A DNA stretch of 64,000 nucleotides from Ranitomeya imitator (Eukaryota). The notes below the pieces were generated by a model. It was given only the letters and a program-made list of their open reading frames with translations, did no database searches and was not told the DNA's origin. Location: positions 183,024,001 through 183,088,000 of the forward strand of contig NC_091288.1 of assembly GCF_032444005.1 (NCBI RefSeq), written 5' to 3'. The position numbers and the translations under genes are program-made. Position 1 is the stretch's first letter; every line of letters begins with the position of its first letter. This document shows, piece after piece, positions 1 through 14,600 of the stretch.

Positions 1-409
1 GCGGGTTTTACTGCGATTTGATGTGCAGAACCGCTGCAGCAGGAAGTGCGGGGGAGTGGGCGGAAGTGCGTGGGCGGAGTGTGGCTGCCCCCCCGTGCTC
101 CGATCCCGCCCCCCGTGCTCCGATGCCCCCCCCCCCGTGCTCCGATGCCCCCCCCAGTGCTCCGATGCCCCCCCCGTGCCCTAATCTCCCCCCCTTATAC
201 TTACCCGGCGTCCCGGTGTCCGTCCGGCCGTCTTCTCCCTGGGCGCCGCCATCTTGCAAAATGGCGGGCGCATGCGCAGTGCGCCCGCCGAATCTGCCGG
301 CCGGCAGATTCGCTCCAAAGTGCATTTTGATCACTGAGATATAACCTATCTCAGTGATCAAAATAAAAAAATAGTAAATGACACCCCCCCCACTTTGTCA
401 CCCCCATTG

Positions 410-634
410 NNNNNNNNNNNNNNNNNNNNNNNNNNNNNNNNNNNNNNNNNNNNNNNNNNNNNNNNNNNNNNNNNNNNNNNNNNNNNNNNNNNNNNNNNNN
501 NNNNNNNNNNNNNNNNNNNNNNNNNNNNNNNNNNNNNNNNNNNNNNNNNNNNNNNNNNNNNNNNNNNNNNNNNNNNNNNNNNNNNNNNNNNNNNNNNNNN
601 NNNNNNNNNNNNNNNNNNNNNNNNNNNNNNNNNN
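410..634. other. Assembly gap (225 N)
   Basis: Run of N. Confidence 0.99.
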
Positions 635-1121
635 TTAGCCCTAAAAAGCTTCCTAGGAAACACACAGTAAAAAAAGGATAAAAAAACGCATCAAAAAACG
701 CATCAAAAAACGCATCAAAAACGCATCAAAAAAGGACAAAAAAAGGACCTGCGTTTTCTGCCAAGAGCTGCAGTTTTTTAAAAAAACTGTCCTGAAAAAA
801 AAAGGATGGAAATCCTGAACGTGTGAACATACCCTTACAGTACCATGTAAACATATGAAAAACCAAATCCGCTGTGCCCATGGTGCGGAAAATACCGCGC
901 GGGAACGCTGCGTTGTATTTTCCGCAGCATGTCAATTCTTTGTGCGGATTCCGCAGCGTTTTACACCTGTTCCTCAATAGGAATCCGCAGGTGAAATCCG
1001 CACAAAAAACACTGGAAATCCGCTGAAAATCCGCAGGTAAAACGCAGTGCCTTTTACCCGCGGATTTTTGAAAAATGGTGCGGAAATATCTCACACGAAT
1101 CCGCAACGTTGGCACATAGCC

Positions 1122-1280
1122 TTAGGGTTAGGGTTGGAATTAGGGTTGTGGTTAGGGTTAGGGGTGTGTTGGGGTTAGGGCTGTGGTTAGGGGTGTGTTG
1201 GAGTTAGGGTTGTGATTAGGGTTATGGCTACAGTTGGGATTAGGGTTAGGGGTGTGTTGGGGTTAGTGTTGGAGGTAGAA
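1122..1280 (+). repeat. Degenerate telomere-like (TTAGGG)n tract
   Basis: TTAGGGTTAGGG interleaved with GTGTGTTGGGG variants. Confidence 0.7.
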
Positions 1281-4250
1281 TTGAGGGGTTACCACTGTTT
1301 AGGCACATCAGGGGTCTCCAAACGCAACATGGCGCCACCATTGATTCCAGCCAATCTCGTATTCAAAAAGTCAAATGGTGCTCCCTCACTTCCGAGCCCT
1401 GAAGTGTGCCCAAACAGTGGTTTACCCCCACATATGGGGTACCAGCATACTCAAGACAAACTGCGCAACAATTACTGGGGTCCAATTTCTCCTGTTACCC
1501 TTGTGAATCTAAAAAAATGCTTGCTAAAACATAATTTTTGAGGAAAGAAAAATGATTTTTTATTTTCACGGCTCTGCGTTGTAAACGTCTGTGAAGCACT
1601 TGGGGGTTCAAAGTGCTCAACACATATCTAGATAAGTTCCTTGGGGGGTCTAGTTTCTAAAATGGTGTCATTTCTGGGGGTTTCTACTGTTTAGGCACAC
1701 CAGGGGCTCTGCAAACGCAACGTGACACCCGTAGACCATTCCATCAAAGTCTGCATTTCAAAAGTCACTACTTCCCTTCTGAGCCCCGACGTGTGCCCAA
1801 ACAGTGGTTTACCCCCACTCATGGGGTATCAGCGTACTCAGGAGAAACTGGACAACAACGTTTGGGGTCCAATTTCTCCTGTAACCCTTGGGAAAATAAA
1901 AAATTCTGGGCTAAATAATTATTTTTGGAGAAAGAAAACGTATTTATTATTTTCACGGCTCTGCATTATAAACTTCTATGAAGCACTTGGGGGTTCAAAG
2001 TGCTCACCACACATCTAGATAAGTTCCTTTCGGGGTCTAGTTTCCAAAATGGGGTCACTTGTGGGGGGTTTCTACTGTTTAGGCACATCAGGGGCTCTGC
2101 AAACGCAACGTGACGCCCGCAGAGCATTCCATCAAAGTCTGCATTTCAAAACGTCACTACTTCAATTCCAAGCCTCGGCATGTGCCCAAACAGTAGTTTA
2201 CTCCCACATATGGGGTATCACCGTACTCAGGAGAAACTGGACAACAAATATTGGGTCAAATTTCTCCTGTTACCCTTGGGAAAATTAAAAAATTCTGGGC
2301 TAAATAATTATTTTTGAGGAAAGAAAACGTATTTATTATTTTCACGGCTCTGCATTATAAACTTCTATGAAGCACTTGGGGGTTCAAAGTGCTCACCACA
2401 CATCTAGATAAGTTCCTTTGGGGGTCTAGTTTCCAAAATGGGGTCACTTGTGGGGGGTTTCTACTGTTAAGCCACATCAGGGGCTCTGCAAACGCAACGT
2501 GACGCCCACAGAGCATTCCATCAAAGTCTGCATTTCAAAACGTCACTACTTCACTTCCGAGCCCCGGCATGTGCCCAAACAGTGATTTACCCCCACATAT
2601 GGGGTATCAGCGTACTCAGGAGAAACTGGACAACAACTTTTGGGGTCAAATTTCTCCTGTTACCCTTGGGAAAATAAAAAATTGCAGGCTAAAAGATCAT
2701 TTTTGAGAAAATAATTTTTTTTTTTTATTTTCATGGCTCTGCGTTATAAACTTCTGTGAAGCACTTGGGGGTTCAAAGTCCTCACCACACATCTAGATTA
2801 GTTCCTTTGGGGGTCTAGTTTCCAAAATGGTGTCATTTCTGGGGGATCTCCAATGTTTAGGCACACAGGGGCTCTCCAAACGTGACATGGTGTCCGCTAA
2901 TGATTGGAGCTAATTTTCCATTTAAAAAGCCAAATGGCGTGCCATCCCTTCCGAGCCCTGCCGTGCGCCCAAACAGTGGTTTACCCCCACATATGGGGTA
3001 TCAGCATACTCAGGACAAACTGGACAACAATATTTGGGGTCCAATTTCTCCTATTATCCTTGGCAAAATAGGAAATTCCAGGCTAAAAAATCATTTTTGA
3101 GGAAAGAAAAATTATTTTTTATTTTCATGGCTCTGCGTTATAAACTTCTGTGAAGCACCTGGGGGTTTAAAGTGCTCAATATGCATCTAGATAAGTTCCT
3201 TGGGGGGTCTAGTTTCCAAAATGGGGTCACTTGTGGGGGAGCTCCAATGTTTAGGCACACAGGGGCTCTCCAAACGCGACATGGTGTCCGCTAACAATTG
3301 GAGCTAATTTTCCATTCAAAAAGTCAAATGGCGCGCCTTCCCTTCCGAGCCCTGCCGAGTGCCCAAACAGTGGTTTACCCCCACATATGAGGTATCGACG
3401 TACTCGGGAGAAATTGCCCAACAAATTTTATGATCCATTTTATCCTACTACCCATGTGAAAATGAAAAAATTGAGGCGAAAAGAATTTTTTTGTGAAAAA
3501 AAAGTACTTTTTCATTTTTACAGATCAATTTGTGAAGCACCTGAGGGTTTAAAGTGCTCACTAGGCATCTAAATAAGTTCCTTGGGGGGTCTAGTTTCCA
3601 AAATGGGGTCACTTGTGGGGGAGCGCCAATGTTTAGGCACACAGGAGCTATCCAAACGCGACATGGTGTCCGCTAACGATGGAAATAATTTTTCATTCAA
3701 AAAGTCAAATGGCGCTCCTTCCCTTCCGAGCCTTACCATGTGCCCAAACAGTGGTTTTCCCCCACATGTGAGGTATTGGTGTACTCAGGAGAAATTGCCC
3801 AACACATTTTAGGATCCATTTTATCCTGTTGCCCATGTGAAAATGAAAAAATTGAGGCTAAAAGAATTTTTTTGTGAAAAAAAAGTACTTTTTCATTTTT
3901 ACGGATCAATTTATGAAGCACCTGGGGGTTCAAAGTGCTCACTATGCATCTAGATAAGTTCCTTGGGATGTCTAGTTTCCAAAACGGGGTCACTTGTGGG
4001 GGAGCTCCAATTTTTAGGCACACGGGGGCTCTCCAAACGTGACATGGTGTCCGCTAAGAGTGGAGCCAATTTTTGATTCAAAAAGTCAAATGGCGCTCCT
4101 TCCCTTCCAAGCCCTGCCGTGCGCCCAAACAGTGGTTTACCCCCACATATGAGGTATCAGCGTACTCAGGACAAATTGGACAACAACTTTCGTGGTTCAG
4201 TTTCTCCTTTTACTATTGGGAAAATAAAAAAATTGTTGCTAAAAGATAAT
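1280..4250. repeat. ~385-bp tandem repeat, about 8 diverged copies
   Basis: The anchor TGTTTAGGCACA recurs, with some variation, near 1297, 1688, 2077, 2465, 2855, 3248, 3629 and 4010. Confidence 0.88.
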
Positions 4251-5247
4251 TTTTGTGACTAAAAAGTTAAATGTTCATTTTTTCCTTCCATGTTGCTTCT
4301 GCTGCTGTGAAGCACCTGAAGGGTTAATAAACTTCTTGAATGTGGTTTTGAGTACCTTGAGGGGTGCAGTTTTTAGAATGGTGTCACTTTTGGGTATTTT
4401 CAGCCACATAGACCCCTCAAACTGACTTCAAATGTGAGGTGGTCCCTAAAAAAAATGGTTTTGTAAATTTCGTTGTAAAAATGACAAATCGCTGGTCAAA
4501 TTTTAACCCTTATAACTTCCTAACAAAAAAAAATTTTGTTTCCAAAATTGTGCTGATGTAAAGTAAACATGTGGGAAATGTTATTTATTAACTATTTTGT
4601 GTCACATATCTCTCTGGTTTAACAGAATAAAAATTCAAAATGTGAAAATTGCGAAATTTTCAAAATTTTCGCCAAATTTCCGTTTTTATCACAAATAAAC
4701 GCAGAATTTATTGACCTAAATTTACCACTAGCATGAAGCCCAATATGTCACGAAAAAACAATCTCAGAACCGCTAGGATCCGTTGAAGCGTTCCTGAGTT
4801 ATTACCTCATAAAGGGACACTGGTCAGAATTGCAAAAAACGGCAAGGTCTTTAAGGTCAAAATAGGCTGGGTCATGAAGGGGTTAATGAGACATTTGCAG
4901 CTGATTCGTCATCTGCAACTTAAAAAAACCCATAACATTTTGTAGGAAATGTAGAGTTTTTCCCTATACACCTGAAATTGTGACATTCAGAGGAATGGAA
5001 AGGGCAGTCGCAGCCCTCACTTCCTCCAGATGTGTGAAGGAGGGAAGAATGAAGCATCCGCTGGGATCACGTGACATAATGTCGTGCGAGCCCTGGGAGA
5101 GCCGGTGCCGACACTGGAGATAAGTATAGTCAGACGACCGTGTAACTGGGGCGGGGATTGCAATGTAAGGGTGCGCTCACATCTGCGTTTAAACTCGGCA
5201 AGTGCAATGTGAGAAAATCTCCCCTTGCACTCACTACCATGTTAGTC

Positions 5248-6075
5248 AATTATTATTATTATTGTACATTTTTATAGCGCCATTTATTCTATGGCACTTT
5301 ACATGTGAAAAGGGGGCAAATATAGACAAATACAAACTAAACATGAGCAAAAAACAAGGCACACAGGTACATAAGGAGGGAGGACTCTGCCCGCGAGGGC
5401 TCACAGTCTACAGGGGATGGGTGAGGATACACTAGGAGAGGGTAGAGCTGGTTGTGTGGTGGTTCAGTAGGTTGAGGATCACTGCATGCTGTAGGCTTGT
5501 CAGAAGAGGTGAGTCTTCAGGTTCTTTTTGAAGGTTTCTATGGTAGGCGAGAGTCTGATGTGTTGTGGTAGAGAGTTCCAGAGTATGGGGGAAGCACGGG
5601 AGAAGTATTGGATGCGGTTGTGGGAAGAAGAGATGAGAGGGGAGTAGAGAAGGAGGTCTTGAGAGGATCGGAGGTTGCGTCTAAGTAAGTACCGGGAGAC
5701 AATGTCACAGATGTATGGAGGAGACAGGTTGTGGATGGCATTGTATGTCACTGTAATGGTTTTGAACTGGAGTCTCTGGGTAATGGAGAGCCAGTGAAGG
5801 GATTGGCATTGGGGAGAGGCTGGGGAATAGCTGGGAGACAGGTAGATTAGTCGGGCAGCATAGTGTAGGATGGATTGGAGTGGTGCCAGAGTGCTAGAGG
5901 GGAGTCCAGAGAGTAGGAGGTTGCAGTAGTCAAGGCAGGAGATGATAAGGGCATGCACTAGTGTTTTGTGGTGTTGCGGTCAAGGAATGCACGCATCCGG
6001 GAGATATTTTTGAGTTTGAGACGGCAGGAGGAGGCAAGGGCTTGGATATGTGGCTTGAAAGAGAGGGCCAAGGAT
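5248..6075 (-). mobile_element. L2/CR1-clade LINE 3' fragment
   Basis: ORF 5500-5958 (HALIISCLDYCNLLLSGLP...LQSILHYAARL...WNSLP...FKKNLKTHLF) is a typical L2 ORF2 C-terminus; (AAT)n tail at 5248-5263. Confidence 0.88.
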
Positions 6076-7429
6076 CACCCCGAGGCACCGGGCGTGTGGG
6101 ACTGGGGAAAGTGAGCAGGCAATGAGGCAGTCCTCATCTGCGAGTTTTTCCTAACCTGGAATTGGGCTGATGAAAAATTTGCAGTATGCTGCGTAAGGCT
6201 GCGTGAAACTGACGAAACCCACCAATGAAAGTCAATGGGCGAAGAAAAAACAAATTGCAAGGCACACGTACCATGTGTGTCCTATGCGATTTTTACGCAC
6301 CTATCTCATAGAAAACCCGACATTTCATCAGCCGAATACAGTAAATTCACAGCGTGAACCATCAGAATAAAATAGAATAGATATAGATAGAATAAAACAA
6401 AAAAATGAAGTGGGGCCCCCATATTATTAATAACCAGCAAAGATTTGGCAGACAGTGGCAGACCATGCAAATAATTACAGTACAATTATAGATGGTGACT
6501 TATAGCTGATGTTCTTTCTGGTGGAGTACTTCACATTTCCCGTCTTTTCCATTTGGCCCAGACCGACATGATAACTGCTTCCAGTCATGATTCATCTGCA
6601 GAGATTACAACAAAGACACATCTGACTTCTTACATTTCCAGCACCTTCCACAAATATACCCAACGTGGACAACATTCCCATCCTGCTGATACCCCACTTC
6701 TGAACCACTGTTGCCATATGTGTCCCTATTACTGCACCTGCTGTGTGGTATAAATACAGAGCTCCTCTTACTGCCCCACATAGTAATACCACCACTGTGC
6801 CCCTTACAAAGTAATAATGCCTCATTTCTGCCCTCTAGATGGTAACATTTCTCCCTTGAAAAGATTAATGCCCTGTGCAAATGCCCTAGAAAAGTGCCCA
6901 CATTTTGCCCCTTTGATGGTTACAATACTTCTTAAGTGCCCTCTTTACATTAAATAATGTCCATGGGGTCCCCCAATTACAGCTCCTCTATACGCAGTAT
7001 AAAGGACCCACAGCTCCCTTATACAGACTATGATGTCCACACAGCAGTATGATGGGCCCATAGCTCCGCTATAAACAATATAATGCCCCACAGCTCCCAT
7101 ATACATGGAACCACAGCATGCAGTGCCAGAACCACCGTCAACAGATGAATACAGCACTAGATCCACACCTTACCTTCTCTGCATACTGCCCATGATACTG
7201 TGCCTTCACATTAACATGCCTCATATACAATAAAATTCCCTATAACCTTCGGCTCTATAAGGCGCTTACCCTTCCCACTTCAGCAACAGGGTGACAGCCA
7301 CAGTAGGGAACCAGTGGTAGAAAGGTGACCATGTCAGCTGGGTGACGACCTCTGATCAATTAAGGATTGGTACATTTGTACATGACCAGGACCACGGTCA
7401 GTACATGATTCCATTACCAGATACAATGT

Positions 7430-7990
7430 CAGTACATGAATCCAACTTCTCCATATAGTACCGCCACTTCTCCATATTATCCCCAAAGCTCTTGCCGCTC
7501 CATACCGTTCCCCCACTTCTCCATATTGTCCCCTATTCTCTCTCCTCTCCATACTGTCCCCCCATGCTCCCAGCTCTACATTCTTTTCCCCTATTTCTCC
7601 ATACAATCCCCATACTGTCCCACTTCTCCATATGGTCCCCACACACTCTCAATTTTACATCCTATATCCCCATCTCTTCTTACTGTCCCCTATGCTTCCA
7701 CTTCTTCATATTGTACACCCACTTCTCCATATGGTCCACTCAGGCTCTCATTTCTTCATACAATCCCCCCACTTCTCCATATGGTCGTCAGGTGCTCCCA
7801 ATTCTCCATCCTGTTTTGCTATATTGTCCCCTACGCTTCCACCTCTCCACACTGTCCCCCCACTTCTTCATCTGGTCCCACCATGCTCCAATTTCTCCAT
7901 ACGGCCCTCCACCTCTCCATAATGTACCCCATTTCTACACAGAGTTCATCCACCCCAACGCTGCTCCCTCTTACAATTTTCCCCACTGCC
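7430..7990. repeat. Degenerate ~19-20-bp tandem repeat (CCCCACTTCTCCATAT-like)
   Basis: Direct reading; C/T-rich. Confidence 0.65.
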
Positions 7991-8893
7991 CAATAATATG
8001 GAAGCCAGACATGTCTTTACTGCCTCTGCGGCTCAATGATCACAGCAGCAGAGTGATGAGGTCAGCAGTGTGCGACTTCATCACTCCAGTGCACGTCAGG
8101 GCGAGGAGATGAGCCCTTCCCTACCGCCCAACGCTGCAGTGCTGCTCAGATATATTCACGTCTAGGGATGTGACTACATCTGAGCACAGGCAAAAGGCAG
8201 CTGGCGGCGAGCCGCATGCTATACAGCCCTGGCTTAACCATATTGGCGCTCCGTGCACTCCAATATAGTGACGGGTAGCATAGCTCTGGGTCGGAGCCCC
8301 CCTCCATCCTGAGCACAGGGCCTGGGGCGACGCACCCTCTGCACCTACACGGTATCTACTGCATGGTGTTCCTCGTCTGAGTTACACAGCCGTCTCACTC
8401 TTCTCTAAGGCCACGTTCACACGTTCAGTATTTGGTCAGTATTTACCTCAGTATTTGTAATCCAAAACCAGGAGTGGGACATATAGAGGAAAAGTATAAT
8501 AGAAACATATGCACCACTTCTGTATTTATCACCCACTCCTTTCACCATATGCTGATTAAGGCGTCCGGCTGAATATGAGGACCATTATGTAAGGTGCCAA
8601 AGGGTGGCGTAACAACCACGGTTGCAGCTGTCGCCTCTGCAACCGGGCACAGCGGGTCATTGGCCCTCCAACGCCAGCAGAAACTTCCTCAGACGCAGAG
8701 CCAGCTGAGGTGTATTGGCCCTTGCAGACCCATTTGTCTGTGCGTTGCAAAGCACACTGCCGGCCAATCAGAGGCCTGACGTCGGCGTGCACATGACCAG
8801 AAGTGTATATCAGTGATATATCCCATTGCACGCTGAAGTCAGCTGCCAGCTTACATGAGGACACGTAGCGGGGGCGAGGAGGAAGGTATTTAT

Positions 8894-9205
8894 TAGTGAT
8901 GAGCGAGTATACTCGTTGCTCGGGTTTTCCAGAGCATGCTCGGGTGACCTCTGAGTATTTGTGACTCCTCGGAGATTTTGTTTTCCTTGCCTCAGCTGCA
9001 TGATTTACGGCTGTTAGCCAGCCTAAGCACATGTGGGGGTTGCCTGGTTGCTCGGGAAGCCCCACATGTAATCAGGCTTGCTAACAGATGTAAATCATTC
9101 AGCCGAGGCAAGGAAAACTAAATCTCCGAGCAATAACAAATACTCGGGAGACAACTCGAGCGTGCTCCTGAAAACCCGAGCAACGAGTACACTCGCTCAT
9201 CACTA
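8894..9205. mobile_element. hAT MITE (TAGTGATGAGCG...CGCTCATCACTA)
   Basis: 8-bp TSD GTATTTAT on both sides; long TIRs. Confidence 0.9.
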
Positions 9206-9239
9206 GTATTTATTTTTAAATCAGTGTCCATACTAGTAC

Positions 9240-12200
9240 ATGGATGACTATGGTGTGCAGTGCATTATACTTTATGGATGACTATGGGGTGCATTATACT
9301 TAAAGGGAACCTGTCACCTGAATTTGGCGGGACTGGTTTTGGGTCATATGGGCGGAGTTTTCTGGTGTTTGATTCACCCTTTCCTTACCCACTGGCTGCA
9401 TGCTGGCTGCAATATTGGATTGAAGTTCATTCTCTGTCCTCCGTAGTACACGCCTGCGCAAGGCAAGATTGTTTTGCGCAGGCGTGTACTATGGAGGACA
9501 GAGAATGAACTTCAATCCAATATTGCACCCAGCATGCAGCCAGCGGGTAAGGAAAGGGTGAATCAAACACCAGAAAACTCCGCCCATATGACCCAAAACC
9601 AGTCCCGCCAAATTCAGGTGACAGAGTCCCTTTAATGGGTGACTATGGAATTCATTATGCTTTAGGGGTTACTATGGGCTGTGCATTATAATTTTTGGAT
9701 GACTATGAGGGTGGTGCATTATAGTTTATGGATGACTATGGGGTGCATTATACTTTATAGGTAACTATGGGGTGCATTATACTTTATAGGTAACTATGGG
9801 GTGCATTATACTTTATAGGTAACTATGGGGTGCATTATACTTTATGGGTAACTATGGGGTGCATTATACTTTATGGGTAACTAAGGGGTGCATTATACTT
9901 TATGGATGACTATGGGCATGCATTATACTTTATGGGTAACTATGGGGTGCATTATACTTTATGGGTAATTATAGGCTGTGCATTATACTTAATGGGTGAC
10001 TACGGAATTAATTATGCTTTATGGGTGACTAAGGGCTGTGAATTATACTTTATAGATAACTATGGGGTGCCTTATACTTTATGGGTGACTATGGGGGTGC
10101 ATTATACTTTATGGGTAACTATGGGGGTGCATTATACTTTATGGATGACTATGGGGTGCATTATATTTTATGGGTAACTATGGGGTGCATTATACTTTAT
10201 GGGTAACTATGGGGTGCATTATACTTTATGGATGACTATGGGGTGCATTATACTTTATGGATGACTATGGGGTGCATTATACTTTATGGATGACTATGGG
10301 GTGCATTATACTTAATGGGTGACTACGGAATTAATTATGCTTTATGGGTGACTAAGGGCTGTGAATTATACTTTATAGATGACTATGGGGTGCCTTATAC
10401 TTTATGGGTGACTATGGGGGTGCATTATACTTTATGGGTAACTATGGGGGTGCATTATACTTTATGGATGACTATGGGGTGCATTATACTTTATGGATGA
10501 CTATGGGGTGCATTATACTTTATGGGTAACTATGGGGTGCATTATACTTTATGGGTAACTATGGGGTGCATTATACTTTATGGGTGACTATGGGGTGCAT
10601 TATACTTTATGGAAGAGTATGGGGTGCATTATACTTCATGCCTGACTATGGGGTTCATTATACTTTATGGATGACTATGGGGGGCATTATACTTTATGGA
10701 TGACTAAGGGGTGCATTATACTTTATGGAAGACAATGGGGTGCATTATACTTCATGCCTGACTATGGGGTGCATTATACTTCATGCCTGACTATGGGGGG
10801 AATTATACTTTATGGATGACTATGGGGGGAATTATACTTTATGGATGACTATGGGGGGCATTATACTTCATGCCTGACTATGGGGGGAATTATACTTTAT
10901 GGATGACTATGGGGTGCATTATACTTCATGCCTGACTATGGGGGGCATTATACTTCATGCCTGACTATGGGGGGCATTATACTTCATGCCTGACTATGGG
11001 GGGCATTATACTTCATGCCTGACTATGGGGGGCATTATACTTCATGCCTGACTATGGGGGGCATTATACTTCATGCCTGACTATGGGGGGAATTATACTT
11101 TATGGAAGACTATGGGGTGCATTATACTTTATGGGTAACTATGGGGTGCATTATACTTTATGGATGACTATGGGGTGCATTATACTTTATGGGTAACTAT
11201 GGGGTGCATTATACTTTATGGATGACTATGGGGTGCATTATACTTTATGGGTGACTATGGGATGCATTATACTGTATGGAGGACTATGGGGTGCATTATA
11301 CTTTATGGATGACTATGGGGTGCATTATACTTTATGGATGACTATGGGGTGCATTATACTTTATGGGTGACTATGGGGTGCATTATACTTTATGTATGAC
11401 TATGGGGTGCATTATACTTTATGGGTAACTATGGGGTGCATTATACTTTATGGATGACTATGGGGTGCATTATACTTTATGGGTGACTATGGGATGCATT
11501 ATACTGTATGGAGGACTATGGGGTGCATTATACTTTATGGATGACTATGGGGTGCATTATACTTTATGGATGACTATGGGGTGCATTATACTTTATGGGT
11601 GACTATGGGGTGCATTATACTTTATGGATGACTATGGGGTGCATTATACTTTATGGGTAACTATGGGGTGCATTATACTTTATGGATGACTATGGGGTGC
11701 ATTATACTTTATGGGTGACTATGGGATGCATTATACTGTATGGAGGACTATGGGGTGCATTATACTTTATGGGTGACTATGGGATGCATTATACTGTATG
11801 GAGGACTATGGGGTGCATTATACTTTATGGATGACTATGGGGTGCATTATACTTTATGGATGACTATGGGGTGCATTATACTTTATGGATGACTATGGGG
11901 TGCATTATACTTTATGGATGACTATGGGGTGCATTATACTTTATGGGTAACTATGGGGTGCATTATACTTTATGGATGACTATGGGGTGCATTATACTTT
12001 ATGGATGACTATGGGGTGCATTATACTTTATAGATGACTATGGGGTGCATTATACTTAATGGATGACTATGGGGTGCATTATACTTTATGGATGACTATG
12101 GGGTGCATTATACTTTATGGATGACTATGGGGTGCATTATACTTTATGGATGACTATGGGGTGCATTATACTTTATGGGTGACTATGGGGTGCATTATAC

Positions 12201-14600
12201 TTTATGGATGACTATGGGGTGCATTATACTTTATGGGTAACTATGGGGTGCATTATACTTTATGGATGACTATGGGGTGCATTATACTTTATGGGTGACT
12301 ATGGGATGCATTATACTGTATGGAGGACTATGGGGTGCATTATACTTTATGGGTGACTATGGGATGCATTATACTGTATGGAGGACTATGGGGTGCATTA
12401 TACTTTATGGATGACTATGGGGTGCATTATACTTTATGGATGACTATGGGGTGCATTATACTTTATGGATGACTATGGGGTGCATTATACTTTATGGATG
12501 ACTATGGGGTGCATTATACTTTATGGGTAACTATGGGGTGCATTATACTTTATGGATGACTATGGGGTGCATTATACTTTATGGATGACTATGGGGTGCA
12601 TTATACTTTATGGATGACTATGGGGTGCATTATACTTTATGGATGACTATGGGGTGCATTATACTTTATGGGTGACTATGGGATGCATTATACTGTATGG
12701 AGGACTATGTGGTGCATTATACTTTATGGGTGACTATGGGATGCATTATACTTTATGGGTGACTATGGGGTGCATTATACTTTATGGGTAACTATGGGGT
12801 GCATTATACTTTATGGATGACTATGGGGTGCATTATACTTTATGGATGACTATGGGGTGCATTATACTTTATGGGTAACTATGGGGTGCATTATACTGTA
12901 TGGAGGACTATGGGGTGCATTATGCTGTATGGAGGACTATGGGGTGCATTATACTTTATGGATGACTATGGGGTGCATTATACTTTATGGATGACTATGG
13001 GGTGCATTATACTTTATGGGTGACTATGGGGTGCATTATACTGTATGGAGGACTATGGGGTGCATTATGCTGTATGGAGGACTATGGGGTGCATTATACT
13101 TTATGGATGACTATGGGGTGCATTATACTTTATGGGTGACTATGGGGTGCATTATACTGTATGGAGGACTATGGGGTGCATTATACTGTATGGAGGACTA
13201 TGGGGTGCATTATACTTTATGGGTGACTATGGGGTGCATTATACTGTATGGAGGACTATGGGGTGCATTATGCTGTATGGAGGACTATGGGGTGCATTAT
13301 ACTTTATGGATGACTATGGGGTGCATTATACTTTATGGATGACTATGGGGTGCATTATACTTTATGGGTGACTATGGGGTGCATTATACTGTATGGAGGA
13401 CTATGGGGTGCATTATGCTGTATGGAGGACTATGGGGTGCATTATACTTTATGGATGACTATGGGGTGCATTATACTTTATGGGTAACTATGGGGTGCAT
13501 TATACTTCATGCCTATGAGCTCTGCATTATACTTTATGGGTGACTATGGGGTGCATTATACTTTATGGATGACTATGGGGTGCATTATACTTTATGGGTA
13601 ACTATGGGGTGCATTATACTTCATGCCTATGAGCTCTGCATTATACTTTATGGGTGACTATGGGGTGCATTATACTTTATGGATGACTATGGGGTGCATT
13701 ATACTTTATGGGTAACTATGGGGTGCATTATACTTTATGGATGACTATGGGGTGCATTATACTTTATGGATGACTATGGGGTGCATTATACTTTATGGAT
13801 GACTATGGGGTGCATTATACTTTATGGAGGACTATGGGGTGCATTATACTTTATGGGTGACTATGGGGTGCATTATACTTTATGGATGACTATGGGGTGC
13901 ATTATACTTTATGGATGACTATGGGGTGCATTATACTTTATGGATGACTATGGGGGTGCATTATACTTTATGGAGGACAATGGGGTGCATTATACTATAT
14001 GGATGACTATGGGGTGCATTATACTTTATGGGTAACTATGGGGTGCATTATACTTTATGGATGACTATGGGGTGCATTATACTTTATGGGTGACTATGGG
14101 ATGCATTATACTTTATGGATGACTATGGGATGCATTATACTTTATGGATGACTATGGGGTGCATTATACTTTATGGATGACTATGGGGTGCATTATACTT
14201 TATGGATGACTATGGGGTGCATTATACTTTATGGATGACTATGGGATGCATTATACTTTATGGATGACTATGGGATGCATTATACTTTATGGATGACTAT
14301 GGGGTGCATTATACTTTATGGATGACTATGGGGTGCATTATACTTTATGGGTGACTATGGGGTGCATTATACTTTATGGATGACTATGGGGTGCATTATA
14401 CTTTATGGATGACTATGGGGTGCATTATACTTTATGGATGACTATGGGGTGCATTATACTGTATGGAGGACTATGGGGTGCATTATACTTTATGGATGAC
14501 TATGGGGTGCATTATACTTTATGGATGACTATGGGGTGCATTATACTTCATGCCTATGAGCTCTGCATTATACTTTATGGGTGATTATGGGATGCATTAT
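9240..14600. repeat. 29-bp satellite array, consensus GGGGTGCATTATACTTTATGGATGACTAT, roughly 170-180 copies
   Basis: Direct reading; no spacers; variants GGGTAA, GGGTGA, GGAGGA and CATGCCTGA. Confidence 0.97.
9304..9631. mobile_element. Kolobok/T2-type palindromic MITE inserted in the satellite
   Basis: TTAA TSD (9300-9303, 9632-9635); AGGGAACCTGTCAC ends; near-complete palindrome. Confidence 0.88.

Larger units (their letters stand above)
1..4882. mobile_element. Large non-autonomous DNA transposon with a piggyBac-type end, left end outside the window
   Basis: Ends AAGGGG followed by TTAA (4883-4886); internal tandem units; no transposase. Unity of the whole span across the gap is inferred. 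Confidence 0.5.

Noticed and set aside
8-670. ORFs at the window start and across the gap
   Set aside because: GC-rich tandem repeat and N-run artefacts.
7334-8112. ORFs of 96-206 aa
   Set aside because: Low-complexity degenerate tandem repeat with no recognisable domain.
9240-14600. CRISPR-like array, and ORFs 9902-10177, 10315-10500 and 13016-13371
   Set aside because: Repeats are head-to-tail with no spacers, the context is eukaryotic with no cas genes, and the ORFs are periodic translations of the satellite.
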